A stretch of 64,000 nt of DNA, from IMG/VR virus record IMGVR_UViG_3300050821_006345, positions 68,192-132,191 of that record; one strand, given 5' to 3'. Positions within the stretch are counted from its first letter, which is position 1. Every line of letters begins with the position of its first letter. Positions 40,262 through 50,487 of this stretch are shown here, one piece after another. The position numbers and the translations under genes were made by a program. Below the pieces are notes generated by a model. It had not been told where the DNA came from. It saw only the letters and a list, made by a program, of their open reading frames with translations, and searched no databases. Source of the DNA: a virus.

Positions 40262-41044
40262 TTAACTCTGGCGAATCTGAATGTCCGTCTCCTGCCAGCA
40301 CCTGATTCCGGCACACTGGAAGTTCTCGCCCAAGTCGGCCTTGATCGCCAGCTTGTTCTCGACCAGCGTGAAGTAGGAAGGATGATCGGCGTAGGCCGCA
40401 GCAGCGTCGGTCACTTCGTATCGCCACGGTTTCTTGTTGATTAACCCTTGCGGTTTGGCGACCGCTGGTGTTGGCATCATTGCCACAGAGATTGCCTCTA
40501 CGGCCACGTCCTCGGCTTGGTTGCGAAGGTCGATGGCCTTTTGATATTCGACTGGATGTGTTATCTCGGCTACGGCCTCGGTTGCCGGAAGGGTGGCCTC
40601 AACGGTTATTGCTTCTTGCTTAAGTGCTTCTTCCTCGGCCTGCAATCGGCGAAGCGTCTCGGCCTTTTGCCGTTCTTCCTCGGCCACACGAATCTCTTCT
40701 CGGTCGTTGAACTCCTTCAGCTCAAGTTTTACCAGTTTAATCTTGTTTTCAATTGGCCGGTTAAACCGCGTCTCAATGTCGAGGATGTTGGCCGCGATGT
40801 CCCTGACTGGTTTGCGGATGATCTGGCCGACTTTCTCCACCTCTTTAATCAGAGCGAGACCGTGCTGGCAGGCGAGAACGGCTTTGGCCTGCTGTTCCGG
40901 AGTCCTGACGTGAGTGGCTAGAACGGCGTCCAATGCTTCACAAATGGCTCGCTGACGCGACGGAGCGTCTGGAGCAAGCGAAACGCCGCCCCCGACGGTT
41001 GAGAGTATTAGGCCGCGAGTTCTCGCGTCTTGTTCGTTTGGCAT
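40262..41044 (-). CDS. Coiled-coil recombination/replication accessory protein
   Basis: Long coiled coil with C-terminal W.YEV.D....P.Y...I...AGIRCW pattern common in phages. Confidence 0.5.
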   Translation of the reverse strand: MPNEQDARTRGLILSTVGGGVSLAPDAPSRQRAICEALDAVLATHVRTPEQQAKAVLACQHGLALIKEVEKVGQIIRKPVRDIAANILDIETRFNRPIENKIKLVKLELKEFNDREEIRVAEEERQKAETLRRLQAEEEALKQEAITVEATLPATEAVAEITHPVEYQKAIDLRNQAEDVAVEAISVAMMPTPAVAKPQGLINKKPWRYEVTDAAAAYADHPSYFTLVENKLAIKADLGENFQCAGIRCWQETDIQIRQS

Positions 41045-41345
41045 ATCTTGGTTAGTTAAAATCCTTCAAACTCTGGCAGATTATCGAAGACCTCTTTGTG
41101 CATTTTGATTTGCTCGACCACCATGTCTGGTTCGTCGCCACAGCAATCTTTGGCATCTGCCTCGTTAAGATTGTAACGATGTGATTCCACCAAGTGTTGC
41201 CTTCCACACATCAATCAAAGAATCGTTGTAGTGCGGACAGTTCGGATGGTGGTTTGGAATCAGAAGTTTTCCTCCGATGGCCAGAGTATTCATTCCGTCC
41301 TGCGCCCAATTTTGGCTATATTTCACACATAAATTAATTATGAAA

Positions 41346-41471
41346 TTAACGAGGCTCGACATCAAGAGTTTTCACTCCCCTGAGAAGGCCGTAGGGACGT
41401 AAGCGGATAACCTGCAAATGTTTTGACGGAAATTGCCTTCTTCCTCACACTTGCACCCCGCGCCTCGTTAA
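41346..41471 (-). ncRNA. Structured intergenic element with pseudoknot
   Basis: 10-bp terminal inverted repeat TTAACGAGGC/GCCTCGTTAA enclosing further helices. Confidence 0.5.
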
Positions 41472-41474
41472 AAT

Positions 41475-42191
41475 TTAGTTTACAGACCGTTCAGGAATGT
41501 AGCCGGAGATGTCGTTCACCGGGAGTCTTGCGCCCAGCCCCTTCTTGTTGGCCTCGATGAACAGGCACGCCGTGGTCTTCTGGAGTGTCTCTGGAGTGAA
41601 CTTCTCGCCTGTCTCCTCCATCAGCTTGCCGTCGATGTAGTTCGCGGCCATTCCGCAGAGGATGTAAAGGTTGGCGATTTGGGCAATTCCACCGCGAGCC
41701 TTGGTCACGTCCTCGGCAGTCGGCAGAGTGGTTGCAGTCAGTGTCTGCGTTGATGGAAGCTGTGCCGGTGTTGGAAACGGCTGCGGAACAGTTGCTGTCG
41801 TTACAGCCGACTGCACAATCTGGCCGGGAACGATGGTCGCGTTTTTGCCGTCAATCTTCAGAATCTTTTCCAGCTGATGGCTGCGGTAGTTTTCCTTTTC
41901 AATGACGGAAACGCCGCGTCCGGTGCGGCCAAGCATGAAGGTGACTGACTGGCCGTTAAGGTGCGCCTGATCCGGCAGATTGCCGAACGTGAGCGGGATT
42001 GAGCCGCTGGCGTCGGTCAGGGTGGCGTCTTGGAATGAATACGGCCCGTATTTGCCGGTGCCTTCATTTCTACGGCCAATATTGCTGATGGTTCCGGCGA
42101 TGGAAGTCACCTGGGTGTCTTTGGCGAGGGTTGCGAGTTGAGCGACGTTGGAAACGGTCGCAGGTGGAATTTGTGGTCTGTCGAATGGCAT
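41475..42191 (-). CDS. OB-fold single-stranded DNA-binding protein (RPA-like)
   Basis: IAGTI...GKYGPYSFQDATLTDASGSIPLTF motif. Confidence 0.65.
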   Translation of the reverse strand: MPFDRPQIPPATVSNVAQLATLAKDTQVTSIAGTISNIGRRNEGTGKYGPYSFQDATLTDASGSIPLTFGNLPDQAHLNGQSVTFMLGRTGRGVSVIEKENYRSHQLEKILKIDGKNATIVPGQIVQSAVTTATVPQPFPTPAQLPSTQTLTATTLPTAEDVTKARGGIAQIANLYILCGMAANYIDGKLMEETGEKFTPETLQKTTACLFIEANKKGLGARLPVNDISGYIPERSVN

Positions 42192-42323
42192 GATGTTTCT
42201 CTGGTTAATGATTTTTGTTCTTATTCGTTATTAACGATGCCGAAAATTTACACCAGAGAGGTGTGGTCTGTCAAACGGAAACTAATCGTTGTCCGCAAGT
42301 GTCACAAACGAAGGCGGTTGGAG

Positions 42324-43856
42324 CTACTTTACGCTCGCCTCGTATTCGGCAAACTCCGGCATTTCAACAATCAATTTTTCCAGCGCGTTGATGATTTTAT
42401 CATCGCCCGTTTTCGCCACGTTCATTATCGCGTCCACAAACTTACCTTGCGCTCCACGAACGGCCAGTTTCTGATTGCGAAGCGACTGTGCCCAATCACC
42501 GTAAGCGGCATAAGGATCGTTCGGATCGGGCTGTCCGTCTTGACCTCCGCCTTGCTGGTTCGGATCGCCGTTCGGATTATTTGGGTCTTGCGGCATCTCG
42601 GCCTCTTCCAGTGTGTAGCCGGTTTTTTCTTCAAGCTGGTCTTGGTCAATCTTGTAACCAATCTGGTTAAGCTGAACTGCGTCAAGGATGACTTGGCTTG
42701 GCTGCTCGTTCTCCATGTCGTCAAATGCCAGCTCAAAATAAACCATGTGATCCTGGCCGGGGAACTGCTCGTCGAGGATGTTCTTGTCGAACTGCTTCTG
42801 AAAACATTCGGAAATCTCGATGGCCTCGCCCATCGCGATGTCGTAGAAAGCTCCCTCGTGGGCAGAAGCCTGACCAGAACCTCCAGAACCAAGTCCGGCG
42901 TCTGACGTTAGCGACGTTAATAGACCTCCGGTGGCTGCAAGGACAATCTGCTGGTCTTGATAGTCAAGGTGGTCTCTGAAAGGATTCTTACCCCTCATCG
43001 CAGTATCGAGAGGAACAATTTTAGCTCCATTACCAATGACGCCACGTCCATCAGAAATAACCTTGTCGGCCATCTGCTGGTATTCCTCGGTTCTGCCTAC
43101 TCCCGCAGGAAGCTCGATGAAGATGGGCGGGATGCCGAACGTCTCGATGAAGCCGTCCCAGTCCTTTTGAGAAAGATTCTTCCGCATGAAGCAAATTGTG
43201 GCGATTTCGTTAATCGGGTCATCGACTTCCCGAACGATAAAGTTTTCTGGGTCAATCTCGACGCCAAGTGTGGTTTGCAGAGATTTCGAGTTGTAGAGCC
43301 ATGCTTTTGACGGAAATCTGCGAACCCAATACCATTGTGGGACTGGCTCTAAATGGCAAACGTCGCCGTTTTCGTCGTAATGTTTTTCCAAATGGGAGAA
43401 GCCCATAAAATCGGCGTCAGATAAAAATTCTATGGAGTTCTTTAGGTTGTCGATGTTATCGTAAGCCTCGTGAAGAGCCTCTTGCTGATTCTTGGCCTTC
43501 TTCTCATCTACTCCGGCTTTGACTTTAATCTCCCAGTCAAGTTTGGCGAGTGCGCCCATGCGACGCTGGCGAACGGCGCGCAAGGTGGCGTCTCTTTTAG
43601 AAACGAAGCGGAACAACCAAGCCAAATCTGGATAGTATCCCCTTTCAGCCATTGAAAGGTAGTTTGCTACCCTGTGCATAGTCAGTCCGGCGAGAGGATT
43701 GATCGCCACTCTACTTGGGAGAATATCGCGAGCATAGAGAGCCGGTGTGCCATAACCGTTTGACACCGGCTGCGCGAACGCCTTTTTTCTATAAACCTGC
43801 TGCATAGCTAAACGTAGTGCTCGAATCCTTTCCGCACAAGTGGAAGATTGCGCCAC
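42324..43856 (-). CDS. Portal protein, DUF935/Mu gp29-like
   Basis: AERG...L...D..L.AV..RR.AL..LDWEI, DWDGFIETFGIP and GGLLTS...AHE motifs. Confidence 0.9.
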   Translation of the reverse strand: MAQSSTCAERIRALRLAMQQVYRKKAFAQPVSNGYGTPALYARDILPSRVAINPLAGLTMHRVANYLSMAERGYYPDLAWLFRFVSKRDATLRAVRQRRMGALAKLDWEIKVKAGVDEKKAKNQQEALHEAYDNIDNLKNSIEFLSDADFMGFSHLEKHYDENGDVCHLEPVPQWYWVRRFPSKAWLYNSKSLQTTLGVEIDPENFIVREVDDPINEIATICFMRKNLSQKDWDGFIETFGIPPIFIELPAGVGRTEEYQQMADKVISDGRGVIGNGAKIVPLDTAMRGKNPFRDHLDYQDQQIVLAATGGLLTSLTSDAGLGSGGSGQASAHEGAFYDIAMGEAIEISECFQKQFDKNILDEQFPGQDHMVYFELAFDDMENEQPSQVILDAVQLNQIGYKIDQDQLEEKTGYTLEEAEMPQDPNNPNGDPNQQGGGQDGQPDPNDPYAAYGDWAQSLRNQKLAVRGAQGKFVDAIMNVAKTGDDKIINALEKLIVEMPEFAEYEASVK

Positions 43857-44882
43857 TTAATTATTCTCTGTGGATTTTGACAATGCTGCTGTGCGAAGTG
43901 TTTTTAAGAAATCACCATCTGTTTCCATGTCGAAATGATCCTTCTTTGAATAATTATCCTTCGCCCAAAGCGGCTGAAGGTTCATCCAGAAAAAGCACAC
44001 CTTCGCGTCTTCGTCTTTAGTCATATCAAAGTATGAAACCGGCACGCGATGATCTATATGCCATCCATAAACTCCATGATTGTCCCATGTCATTCCGGGC
44101 TTGAATTGTGACTCAATGTGGTGCACGAGATAATCTCGCGAGCATCCTACCAGTTCATTAATGTGATGCTTGCTCCCGGTCTCCTCGAACACCTGCCTCA
44201 ACCTAGCACGGAGCGATCTTGCTATCTTGTGCCTTGGAGATTTTTGGGTGCGGTAATAATACTCTAGGCAAAGAGCGTTTAACCGATCCATATTTTCACT
44301 TCGATATTCGGCATTTCGTTTACGGTCGCATTCGATGCACTCAGACATGCGGCCATCGGCGTGGCGATTGCTTTTCCTAAATTCTTCCAGAGGTTTTAAT
44401 TCTCCGCAAATCTTGCAGTTCTTCGGCAATTTTAACGCGAGGAATTTCTTCTTTTCGGCACGTCTGGATGCAGTGAGTGCAGTGGCCATTGGGCCAATCT
44501 TCTGGCGGTATCGTTCCCTAGATTTCTCGGTTAATCGCACACTATTCTTGGCGCGAAATTCTGCATCTTTTATACTCTTGCAGCTACGGCACTCTCCGGC
44601 CAATCCATCGCGTGCGTGTGATGAAGTGCATTTGTTGAACTCTGTTGTTACCTTAAGATCTTTACACGCATAGCAAACTTTGGCTGGTAATCCATTGATT
44701 TCAAGTTTTGGCCGCTCGGCATCCGTCCGTTGACGTTTCAGCAGTCCCTTGCACTTCATTGAGCAACACTCGTTTGTGTTTTTCTTCTGCCACGGCGTGA
44801 ATACTGTTCCGCAAAAAGCACACGGCTTTGGGATTCCCTTGCGGGTCGTTAGCGGCTTGTTTGGATTTCTTGGTCTTCCCAT
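43857..44882 (-). CDS. HNH/endonuclease VII-like homing endonuclease with CxxC repeats
   Basis: LVGCS...IESQFKPGMTWDNHG..GWHIDHRVP...NLQPLWAKDN motif. Confidence 0.88.
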   Translation of the reverse strand: MGRPRNPNKPLTTRKGIPKPCAFCGTVFTPWQKKNTNECCSMKCKGLLKRQRTDAERPKLEINGLPAKVCYACKDLKVTTEFNKCTSSHARDGLAGECRSCKSIKDAEFRAKNSVRLTEKSRERYRQKIGPMATALTASRRAEKKKFLALKLPKNCKICGELKPLEEFRKSNRHADGRMSECIECDRKRNAEYRSENMDRLNALCLEYYYRTQKSPRHKIARSLRARLRQVFEETGSKHHINELVGCSRDYLVHHIESQFKPGMTWDNHGVYGWHIDHRVPVSYFDMTKDEDAKVCFFWMNLQPLWAKDNYSKKDHFDMETDGDFLKTLRTAALSKSTENN

Positions 44883-44945
44883 GCCACAATACTGCCTTCA
44901 CCGCCCACTAAAGCAAGTGCCACATTGCCATTGCCTTGCACGACG

Positions 44946-44976
44946 AAAAAGGCCGGAAGCGGTTAAGCCTCCGGCC
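44946..44976 (-). terminator. Rho-independent terminator
   Basis: GGCCGGAGGC-loop-GCTTCCGGCC followed by TTTTT. Confidence 0.75.
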
Positions 44977-44981
44977 AGTGA

Positions 44982-45872
44982 TTAAGAGCAAACCGACGGA
45001 GCGGCATCGCAATGCTTTAACGAATCATCGTCTCCGTCATTCCATCGGATTGTTGCAGCGGTGTCCACCACCGGAGGCGCATTGAGAACCGTCCATTTGG
45101 TTGGCCGTTTCCAGAATCCAAACAGGTTGTCTTTCTGCGATGGTTCAAAGCTGGCCGAGAATTTCACTATCTGGCCTTTTTCAGGATGCTCGTTGCTTGG
45201 GCCGTTTCCGTAGACCTTCGCGCCGTTTCCAAGGTCAACCAGCACCTTGTCAATCGTGCCGCCATATCGCGAGTATTCATTCGGCACTTTCTTGACGTTC
45301 AGAATCGTTCCGGTGACTTCCTGCTTGCCGGTCGGACAAGTTCCGGTGGCCGAGGCTCGCTTGGCCTTGTCGTCCTCGTGCAGTTTGACCAGAAACTCGA
45401 TCTGTTTATCCGAGAGGCCATAGGAACGCAGCTTGCTGGCGATGTCTTGGGCGCAACGATTGATGCCCGTTCTCGCCCAGTCCAAGGCTGGAATCGCTTC
45501 AGGATGGTCGCGGCGGAACTCCTTCTCGCGGGCATTGCAAAGAGCGCGTTCGGCCATTGCGACGCTCGCATTCTCAATCGTGGAACTCTGGCCGCGCAGG
45601 AAGTCAATCTTGTTGGCGCACTGCCGACCGACGTAGTAAATCTCGGTCGTGGGCTTATGCTCGACGATACAGGCGTATTTAAGCTGCTGGCCGCAGCAGT
45701 CGCACCGGCAGCCATCGGTCGGAATAACCGCACGGTCAAAGGCCGCTTGGTCGTAAATCTCATATTCGTAAACCGCCCGGCCTTCTTCGTCCTCGTCGCA
45801 CTGGTAAATCACAGCGGCAACGGAAAGGTCTTTGATTGGCAGGACTTTGATTGTTGTTGGCATATCTTTCAT
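44982..45872 (-). CDS. Hypothetical protein with Zn ribbon and OB-like C-terminus
   Basis: CDCCG...YVGRQC; LSDKQI; GFWKRP motifs; start re-assigned. Confidence 0.5.
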   Translation of the reverse strand: MKDMPTTIKVLPIKDLSVAAVIYQCDEDEEGRAVYEYEIYDQAAFDRAVIPTDGCRCDCCGQQLKYACIVEHKPTTEIYYVGRQCANKIDFLRGQSSTIENASVAMAERALCNAREKEFRRDHPEAIPALDWARTGINRCAQDIASKLRSYGLSDKQIEFLVKLHEDDKAKRASATGTCPTGKQEVTGTILNVKKVPNEYSRYGGTIDKVLVDLGNGAKVYGNGPSNEHPEKGQIVKFSASFEPSQKDNLFGFWKRPTKWTVLNAPPVVDTAATIRWNDGDDDSLKHCDAAPSVCS

Positions 45873-46002
45873 ACGCCACCATTTGCCACCTATGCCGTGA
45901 ATGTCAACCGTAATAATCACAATTCGCACAAGTCTTTGACACGTAAAACAATAAAAGCGCAGAAAGATTGCTCCTTCTGCGCCGATTGTTTGGATTATTG
46001 GC

Positions 46003-46530
46003 TTAAAACTCGAATCCAATGCCAAGGCTGTAGCGAAACCCGCCGGAGCCTTTGGAAACGAAGTCGTAGTTAAGATTCGCCGCGATGTAGGAGTCGTCCG
46101 AGATGTAGTATTGTGCGATAAACTCCGGCCCCGTGCGCCAGAAGTCTCCGTCGCCGTAGACGTTGCCAGCAGACCATCCGGGTTCGGCATAGAGATTGCT
46201 GCTCTTGATATGCATCACCCAGTCTGCATCCACGTCGGTTGATCCGGCAAGCTTTGGTTGCCAGTAAAGGCTCTGGCTTGCGCCCACCCACAACGCCCGA
46301 GCGGATTTGATTGGGTCGGCTGAGATAGAAACGTCAAATCCTCCTTCTGTGTGGCCGCGAATCGTTGTTCCGTCGGCTCCCAGCGTCAGGTCGTATTTGG
46401 TCACGTCGGTCGTGTTGGTTGAATCCAGAGTCACTGGCTCGACGTTGGTTATGGTCTGGGCGTTGGCCGGGCAGCATCCTCCAAGGACGGAGGCGATGAA
46501 AGCCGCAAGGATAATTGTTAGTTTCTTCAT
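46003..46530 (-). CDS. Outer-membrane beta-barrel protein
   Basis: Signal peptide, alternating amphipathic strands, and C-terminal beta-signal YSLGIGFEF. Confidence 0.7.
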   Translation of the reverse strand: MKKLTIILAAFIASVLGGCCPANAQTITNVEPVTLDSTNTTDVTKYDLTLGADGTTIRGHTEGGFDVSISADPIKSARALWVGASQSLYWQPKLAGSTDVDADWVMHIKSSNLYAEPGWSAGNVYGDGDFWRTGPEFIAQYYISDDSYIAANLNYDFVSKGSGGFRYSLGIGFEF

Positions 46531-46567
46531 ATTGTTATCGGTTGGTCGTTTCTGTTGGTTGAGGTTG

Positions 46568-47074
46568 TTAATTTACTGCATTCAAAAGAGCGAACTCTCC
46601 GAAATGTTCTATTGCTGCGTTGTTGTATGCTATTGCCGCGTCACTCTCCAAGGAGAAGACACCAAGATATTTTCCCTTCTTATTGACACAAATTGCGGCC
46701 TGCCATTTTTGAATTCTTCCAATCCACGATACACCTTTGAATTTGCTTTTGCAGCCCGGCGCCTTTCGTCGGTTTTGTCCGTTCTGAGCGCGTGTGGATG
46801 GACGAAGGTTTATTCGCTGATTGTTCAATCCGTCACCGTCTTTATGATCCACCACATCAACGCCAATTTCAGCCGCAATCAGTCGGTGCATTTTAATGTG
46901 TTTTTGAATCGGATTTGCCTTACCACCGCCAAGATATGCGTTTCTGGCGGCATAGTAAATGGTTCGGTTTTTTAGTTTATAAGTTTCGGTTGACCATCCC
47001 CATTGATTAAGCCATTCAAAATCGCAATCATCAACCAGTGCGACCTTGCCATGCGTTAGTGGAATTTCCTTCAT
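46568..47074 (-). CDS. HNH-AP2 homing endonuclease
   Basis: MHRLI...VDHKDGDGLNNQRINLR; SKFKGV...YLGVF...AAIAYN.AA..HFGEFA motifs. Confidence 0.92.
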   Translation of the reverse strand: MKEIPLTHGKVALVDDCDFEWLNQWGWSTETYKLKNRTIYYAARNAYLGGGKANPIQKHIKMHRLIAAEIGVDVVDHKDGDGLNNQRINLRPSTRAQNGQNRRKAPGCKSKFKGVSWIGRIQKWQAAICVNKKGKYLGVFSLESDAAIAYNNAAIEHFGEFALLNAVN

Positions 47075-47076
47075 TA

Positions 47077-48147
47077 TTAATCGCTATTGAACGGTATCAC
47101 GGCAGTGAATATAAGAACCTTGGCAAGCACCATGGTCTGCTCCTTGGTGATGTTGTTTCCTGTCAGGTCGATGGTCACCGCCGAGTTGAGAGTGTCTCCA
47201 TCAGCGTTCAATGTGTCCTTGTAATTCATCGTTCCCGTGAGGCCGGGAATCGTGGTGTCGGTGGTGAAGAACGCTGAATCATCGGCTGGTGCGGTAAACG
47301 CGGCATTTTCATTTGGTGGCGGCTCGTTTAGACGCATATCAAAATCATAATGCCCCAGTCCGTTGGCCTTGCGATTCGGGTCTTCCACCCATCGAATGGT
47401 TCCGGCGATGCGGTCAATCTGGACACGGCCTGTCGGGTCGGTGTATTGGGCGGTCATGTTGTTAAGCAGCCAGCAATTTTTGTCGTAATCATAATACATT
47501 TGGCCATTCATCGTCACCGGCTGATACCTTTGAGTAGGCCCTGCCGCAATCACGGTTTGCGAAAAGTCCATTTTGTCATACTTCTTAACCACCACAGTTG
47601 AGTTCTTGCCGTTGATTGACCGCGTGATGCTCACAGCTTCGCATTGGAATGTGTCCATCCAGTTTGATGGTCTGGACAATGGATGCCCGATGGCCACTCC
47701 GCCAAACTTGCTTGCGAATCCTCCTGCGTTTCCCATCGGCAGGATATCCACCGAAAGCGAGCCTTGGTCGTAATGGTAAACGCCATCGGATGAAATTGGC
47801 ACCATTCCATAGAGCTTTCCGATGTTCTTTGTCTGTGCCGGATTCCGTGGATTGACCACATCGCACGCCACGTCGTAATGAAGCGTTCGTGGCTGCGTCA
47901 CTGCCTTTGAAATCCAGCCATCGATGATTTGCGGTCGGTCTGTCATCTTGCCGTGAAATAGGGCGGAGTTGGCGACGTTGATGTTGATGTCATACACGTC
48001 CTGAATCCCCTTGGTGTTGGGCGGACTCTGATGGGTGTTGAACACGATGCCCATGGTTCCCTTGATGAAGGTGGGCGGGAGGTTGCTCTGGGCGAATGCG
48101 CCGACCGCAAATGCGAGAATCAGGAATGTTGCGAATGTTGTTTTCAT
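47077..48147 (-). CDS. Secreted beta-rich protein
   Basis: Signal peptide MKTTFATFLILAFAVGAFAQ. Confidence 0.6.
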   Translation of the reverse strand: MKTTFATFLILAFAVGAFAQSNLPPTFIKGTMGIVFNTHQSPPNTKGIQDVYDININVANSALFHGKMTDRPQIIDGWISKAVTQPRTLHYDVACDVVNPRNPAQTKNIGKLYGMVPISSDGVYHYDQGSLSVDILPMGNAGGFASKFGGVAIGHPLSRPSNWMDTFQCEAVSITRSINGKNSTVVVKKYDKMDFSQTVIAAGPTQRYQPVTMNGQMYYDYDKNCWLLNNMTAQYTDPTGRVQIDRIAGTIRWVEDPNRKANGLGHYDFDMRLNEPPPNENAAFTAPADDSAFFTTDTTIPGLTGTMNYKDTLNADGDTLNSAVTIDLTGNNITKEQTMVLAKVLIFTAVIPFNSD

Positions 48148-48321
48148 TTTCGTATCGTTTTTGTCTTTCGTTGGTGGTTGGTTATTGCTGCGACGTTTCT
48201 TGGCCGTCGTTAAAGCTGTCCGTGTTGTTTCCATGATGGGCGATGACATACACGACCAGCAAAATCACGATGACCACCACGCTGCCGATTATTTTGTATT
48301 TCATGTTGTTATTTGATTTGT

Positions 48322-49059
48322 TTAATGTTTGTTCTTGGGCATGGGAGCGTCAACAACCACCTCTGCGTCCGTCACCTGTTCAGGCGTCTTGCCGTCGTCA
48401 AGCGCCGTGTCTAGCGATGCTAGAGCAGTGTTGTAGTTGTTCTGAATCGCGTCAAACGCCGTGTCAGACTTCAGCTTGGCGTAGAACTCGCCTTCGGTCA
48501 GGCCGGATGATTCGCGGGCACTGGCTGCCGCAAGACCTGCATCCCAAATCATTTTAGCACGGTCAATCTGGTCGCCAAAAAGGCCAAGCTGCTTGTGCGC
48601 CTCATTCCACTTCTTGCAGCGGTCGACATACACGCGCTTCAGATCGGCCAAGTCGCCGCTTAACTTGACATAGCTTGGGTCGTTCTTGCCATACTTGTCT
48701 GCAATGGCGTCCACGCGGTCAGAGAAAGTTCTTATCTGGCCGTTAAGGTTTTCAATGGCGGTTTTGCGGTTGTCCAATGCGATGGTCTTGTCTCGCAGGT
48801 CGCCCTGAAGGGTCTGGATTGGATTCTTTGCGGCTTCGGCTGTAATGAGCCTTAATCGCAGGTTGCCAGCCTTTTGTGCAACCCATGGTGCGAAGAAGAT
48901 GACGCCGCAGCCGATTGAGCCAGCCACAATCAGACCGACCAGGCCAGTGACGACGGTGGCTGCGATTGGAGCGAAGAAGAAGGCGGCGACACAAAGGAGT
49001 CCGACCTTCACGAGGGTTTCTGTCCGTTTCCGTTTTTTATCAATATCTATTTGATTCAT
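48322..49059 (-). CDS. Two-TM membrane protein with long coiled coil
   Basis: Hydrophobic hairpin followed by a PspA-like coiled coil. Confidence 0.55.
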   Translation of the reverse strand: MNQIDIDKKRKRTETLVKVGLLCVAAFFFAPIAATVVTGLVGLIVAGSIGCGVIFFAPWVAQKAGNLRLRLITAEAAKNPIQTLQGDLRDKTIALDNRKTAIENLNGQIRTFSDRVDAIADKYGKNDPSYVKLSGDLADLKRVYVDRCKKWNEAHKQLGLFGDQIDRAKMIWDAGLAAASARESSGLTEGEFYAKLKSDTAFDAIQNNYNTALASLDTALDDGKTPEQVTDAEVVVDAPMPKNKH

Positions 49060-49111
49060 GTTTAGTTGAAGGATGAGAAAATAATCGGCTTAAGTCAACC
49101 GAAATTAATAA

Positions 49112-49867
49112 TTAAATCAGGTCGCCTTGCGTGGACTTCACTTGGACTGGTGCGGAGATGAGCTGCGGCTGGTCTAGCTCGGCCTGAATGCGGTCGCGGC
49201 CAATCGCGCAGTATTCTTCGAGCAGCTCGCAGCCCACGAATTTTCTTCCCATGCGGACGGCCACGGCTCCGGTGGTGAAGCTGCCGCCAAACGGATCGAA
49301 TATCAGGTCGCCCGGCTCGCTGCTAATTTCGATTAGTTGGGCAATAACGTGTTCGGCCTTTTCCGTTGGGTGCCCAAATTGCGGAGGCTTGACGTCAACG
49401 AACTTCACCTTCCGGTAATGGTCGTATGGGCTGATCGGAGAAAAGTAACAGTCCTTTCCCCTCATGAAAAGGCAAAGCTCGGTGTCTGGCAGATACTTGT
49501 TGTTCTTGGCCGGAATCGGGTTTCGTTTCGCCATGATAAGCAAATCCCACGATTCGATGCCTTCGGCCTTCATCCACGTCAGGTAGTCCAGCAGGTTATT
49601 CTTGGCCGCGAAGAAGTAGCCGTGGTTGCACACGCTCCAGATTTGCGGCATGAAGTTCTGCGGGACGAACGTGTCAATGTCAATTTTCCCAATGTTTGCC
49701 AGACCAGACCGTTCTGCGTGGATTCCACCGCCAACGACGTTAATCGAATACGGAGGATCTGCACAAATCAATTTAACGCCAAGAGTCTTAATTTGGTCAA
49801 TGAATGTTCGGCAATCTCCGTTAAGGATTTTTGCGCGTCCACAGGAAGATTCCCAGAAATAGTTCAC
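49112..49867 (-). CDS. Amino (N6/N4) DNA methyltransferase
   Basis: ADPPY, HPTEK and DPFGGSFTT motifs. Confidence 0.88.
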   Translation of the reverse strand: MNYFWESSCGRAKILNGDCRTFIDQIKTLGVKLICADPPYSINVVGGGIHAERSGLANIGKIDIDTFVPQNFMPQIWSVCNHGYFFAAKNNLLDYLTWMKAEGIESWDLLIMAKRNPIPAKNNKYLPDTELCLFMRGKDCYFSPISPYDHYRKVKFVDVKPPQFGHPTEKAEHVIAQLIEISSEPGDLIFDPFGGSFTTGAVAVRMGRKFVGCELLEEYCAIGRDRIQAELDQPQLISAPVQVKSTQGDLI

Positions 49868-50487
49868 GTCTCAATGGCGGTTAAAAGGTCTTCCCATAAC
49901 GCCCACGGAACTACCGCCCGTTCCGCACTCCCTTTGATTCCTTGCGTGCCAGTCTTTGCACCTCTTGGCGCAGCCTCATGATCAGGATTTCCGTTGTGGC
50001 ACATCGGTCTTGGATTCCAGTTCGGAACAGCTCCCCACAGGTCGGTCGGCTTCATTCGTTTGTCACCATACCGGCAGTAGGTGATGGTTGTTATTGGCAG
50101 GTCGGCCACGCAAGGAAGCTTCCTTAACATTCCGCGTGGATTCTCAATCAGATAGCCTTTTGGAGGATTCAGTTCAAGAATCAGGTTCTTGGTATGCTCG
50201 ACCAGTTTCTGGTGAAGAACAGCCTGTGCTGTTTTAGGGACATAAGCTTTTGCTCCGCCACCCCAATGATGTCCCATTGAGGCGACCGAGAAACTTTCGC
50301 AAGGCGGGGAAGCCCAAATGAAGTCAAAGCCAACGAAGTCTGAAGCCGTGCATTTAAGAATGTCCGCAGTGATGTCGCAGCCGAACTTCGGATTATTGTC
50401 GAGCGTGACGTAGGTGTGGCCGCGAGCCTCAATCTTGCTTCGGCGTTGCGCTCCACCAAGTCCGGCAAACAGGTCAAGTATCCTCAC
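49864..50487 (-). CDS. Short C5-type DNA methyltransferase
   Basis: LDLFAG, WASPPCESFS, IENPRG and YC.YG...KPTDLW motifs. Confidence 0.8.
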   Translation of the reverse strand: MRILDLFAGLGGAQRRSKIEARGHTYVTLDNNPKFGCDITADILKCTASDFVGFDFIWASPPCESFSVASMGHHWGGGAKAYVPKTAQAVLHQKLVEHTKNLILELNPPKGYLIENPRGMLRKLPCVADLPITTITYCRYGDKRMKPTDLWGAVPNWNPRPMCHNGNPDHEAAPRGAKTGTQGIKGSAERAVVPWALWEDLLTAIET

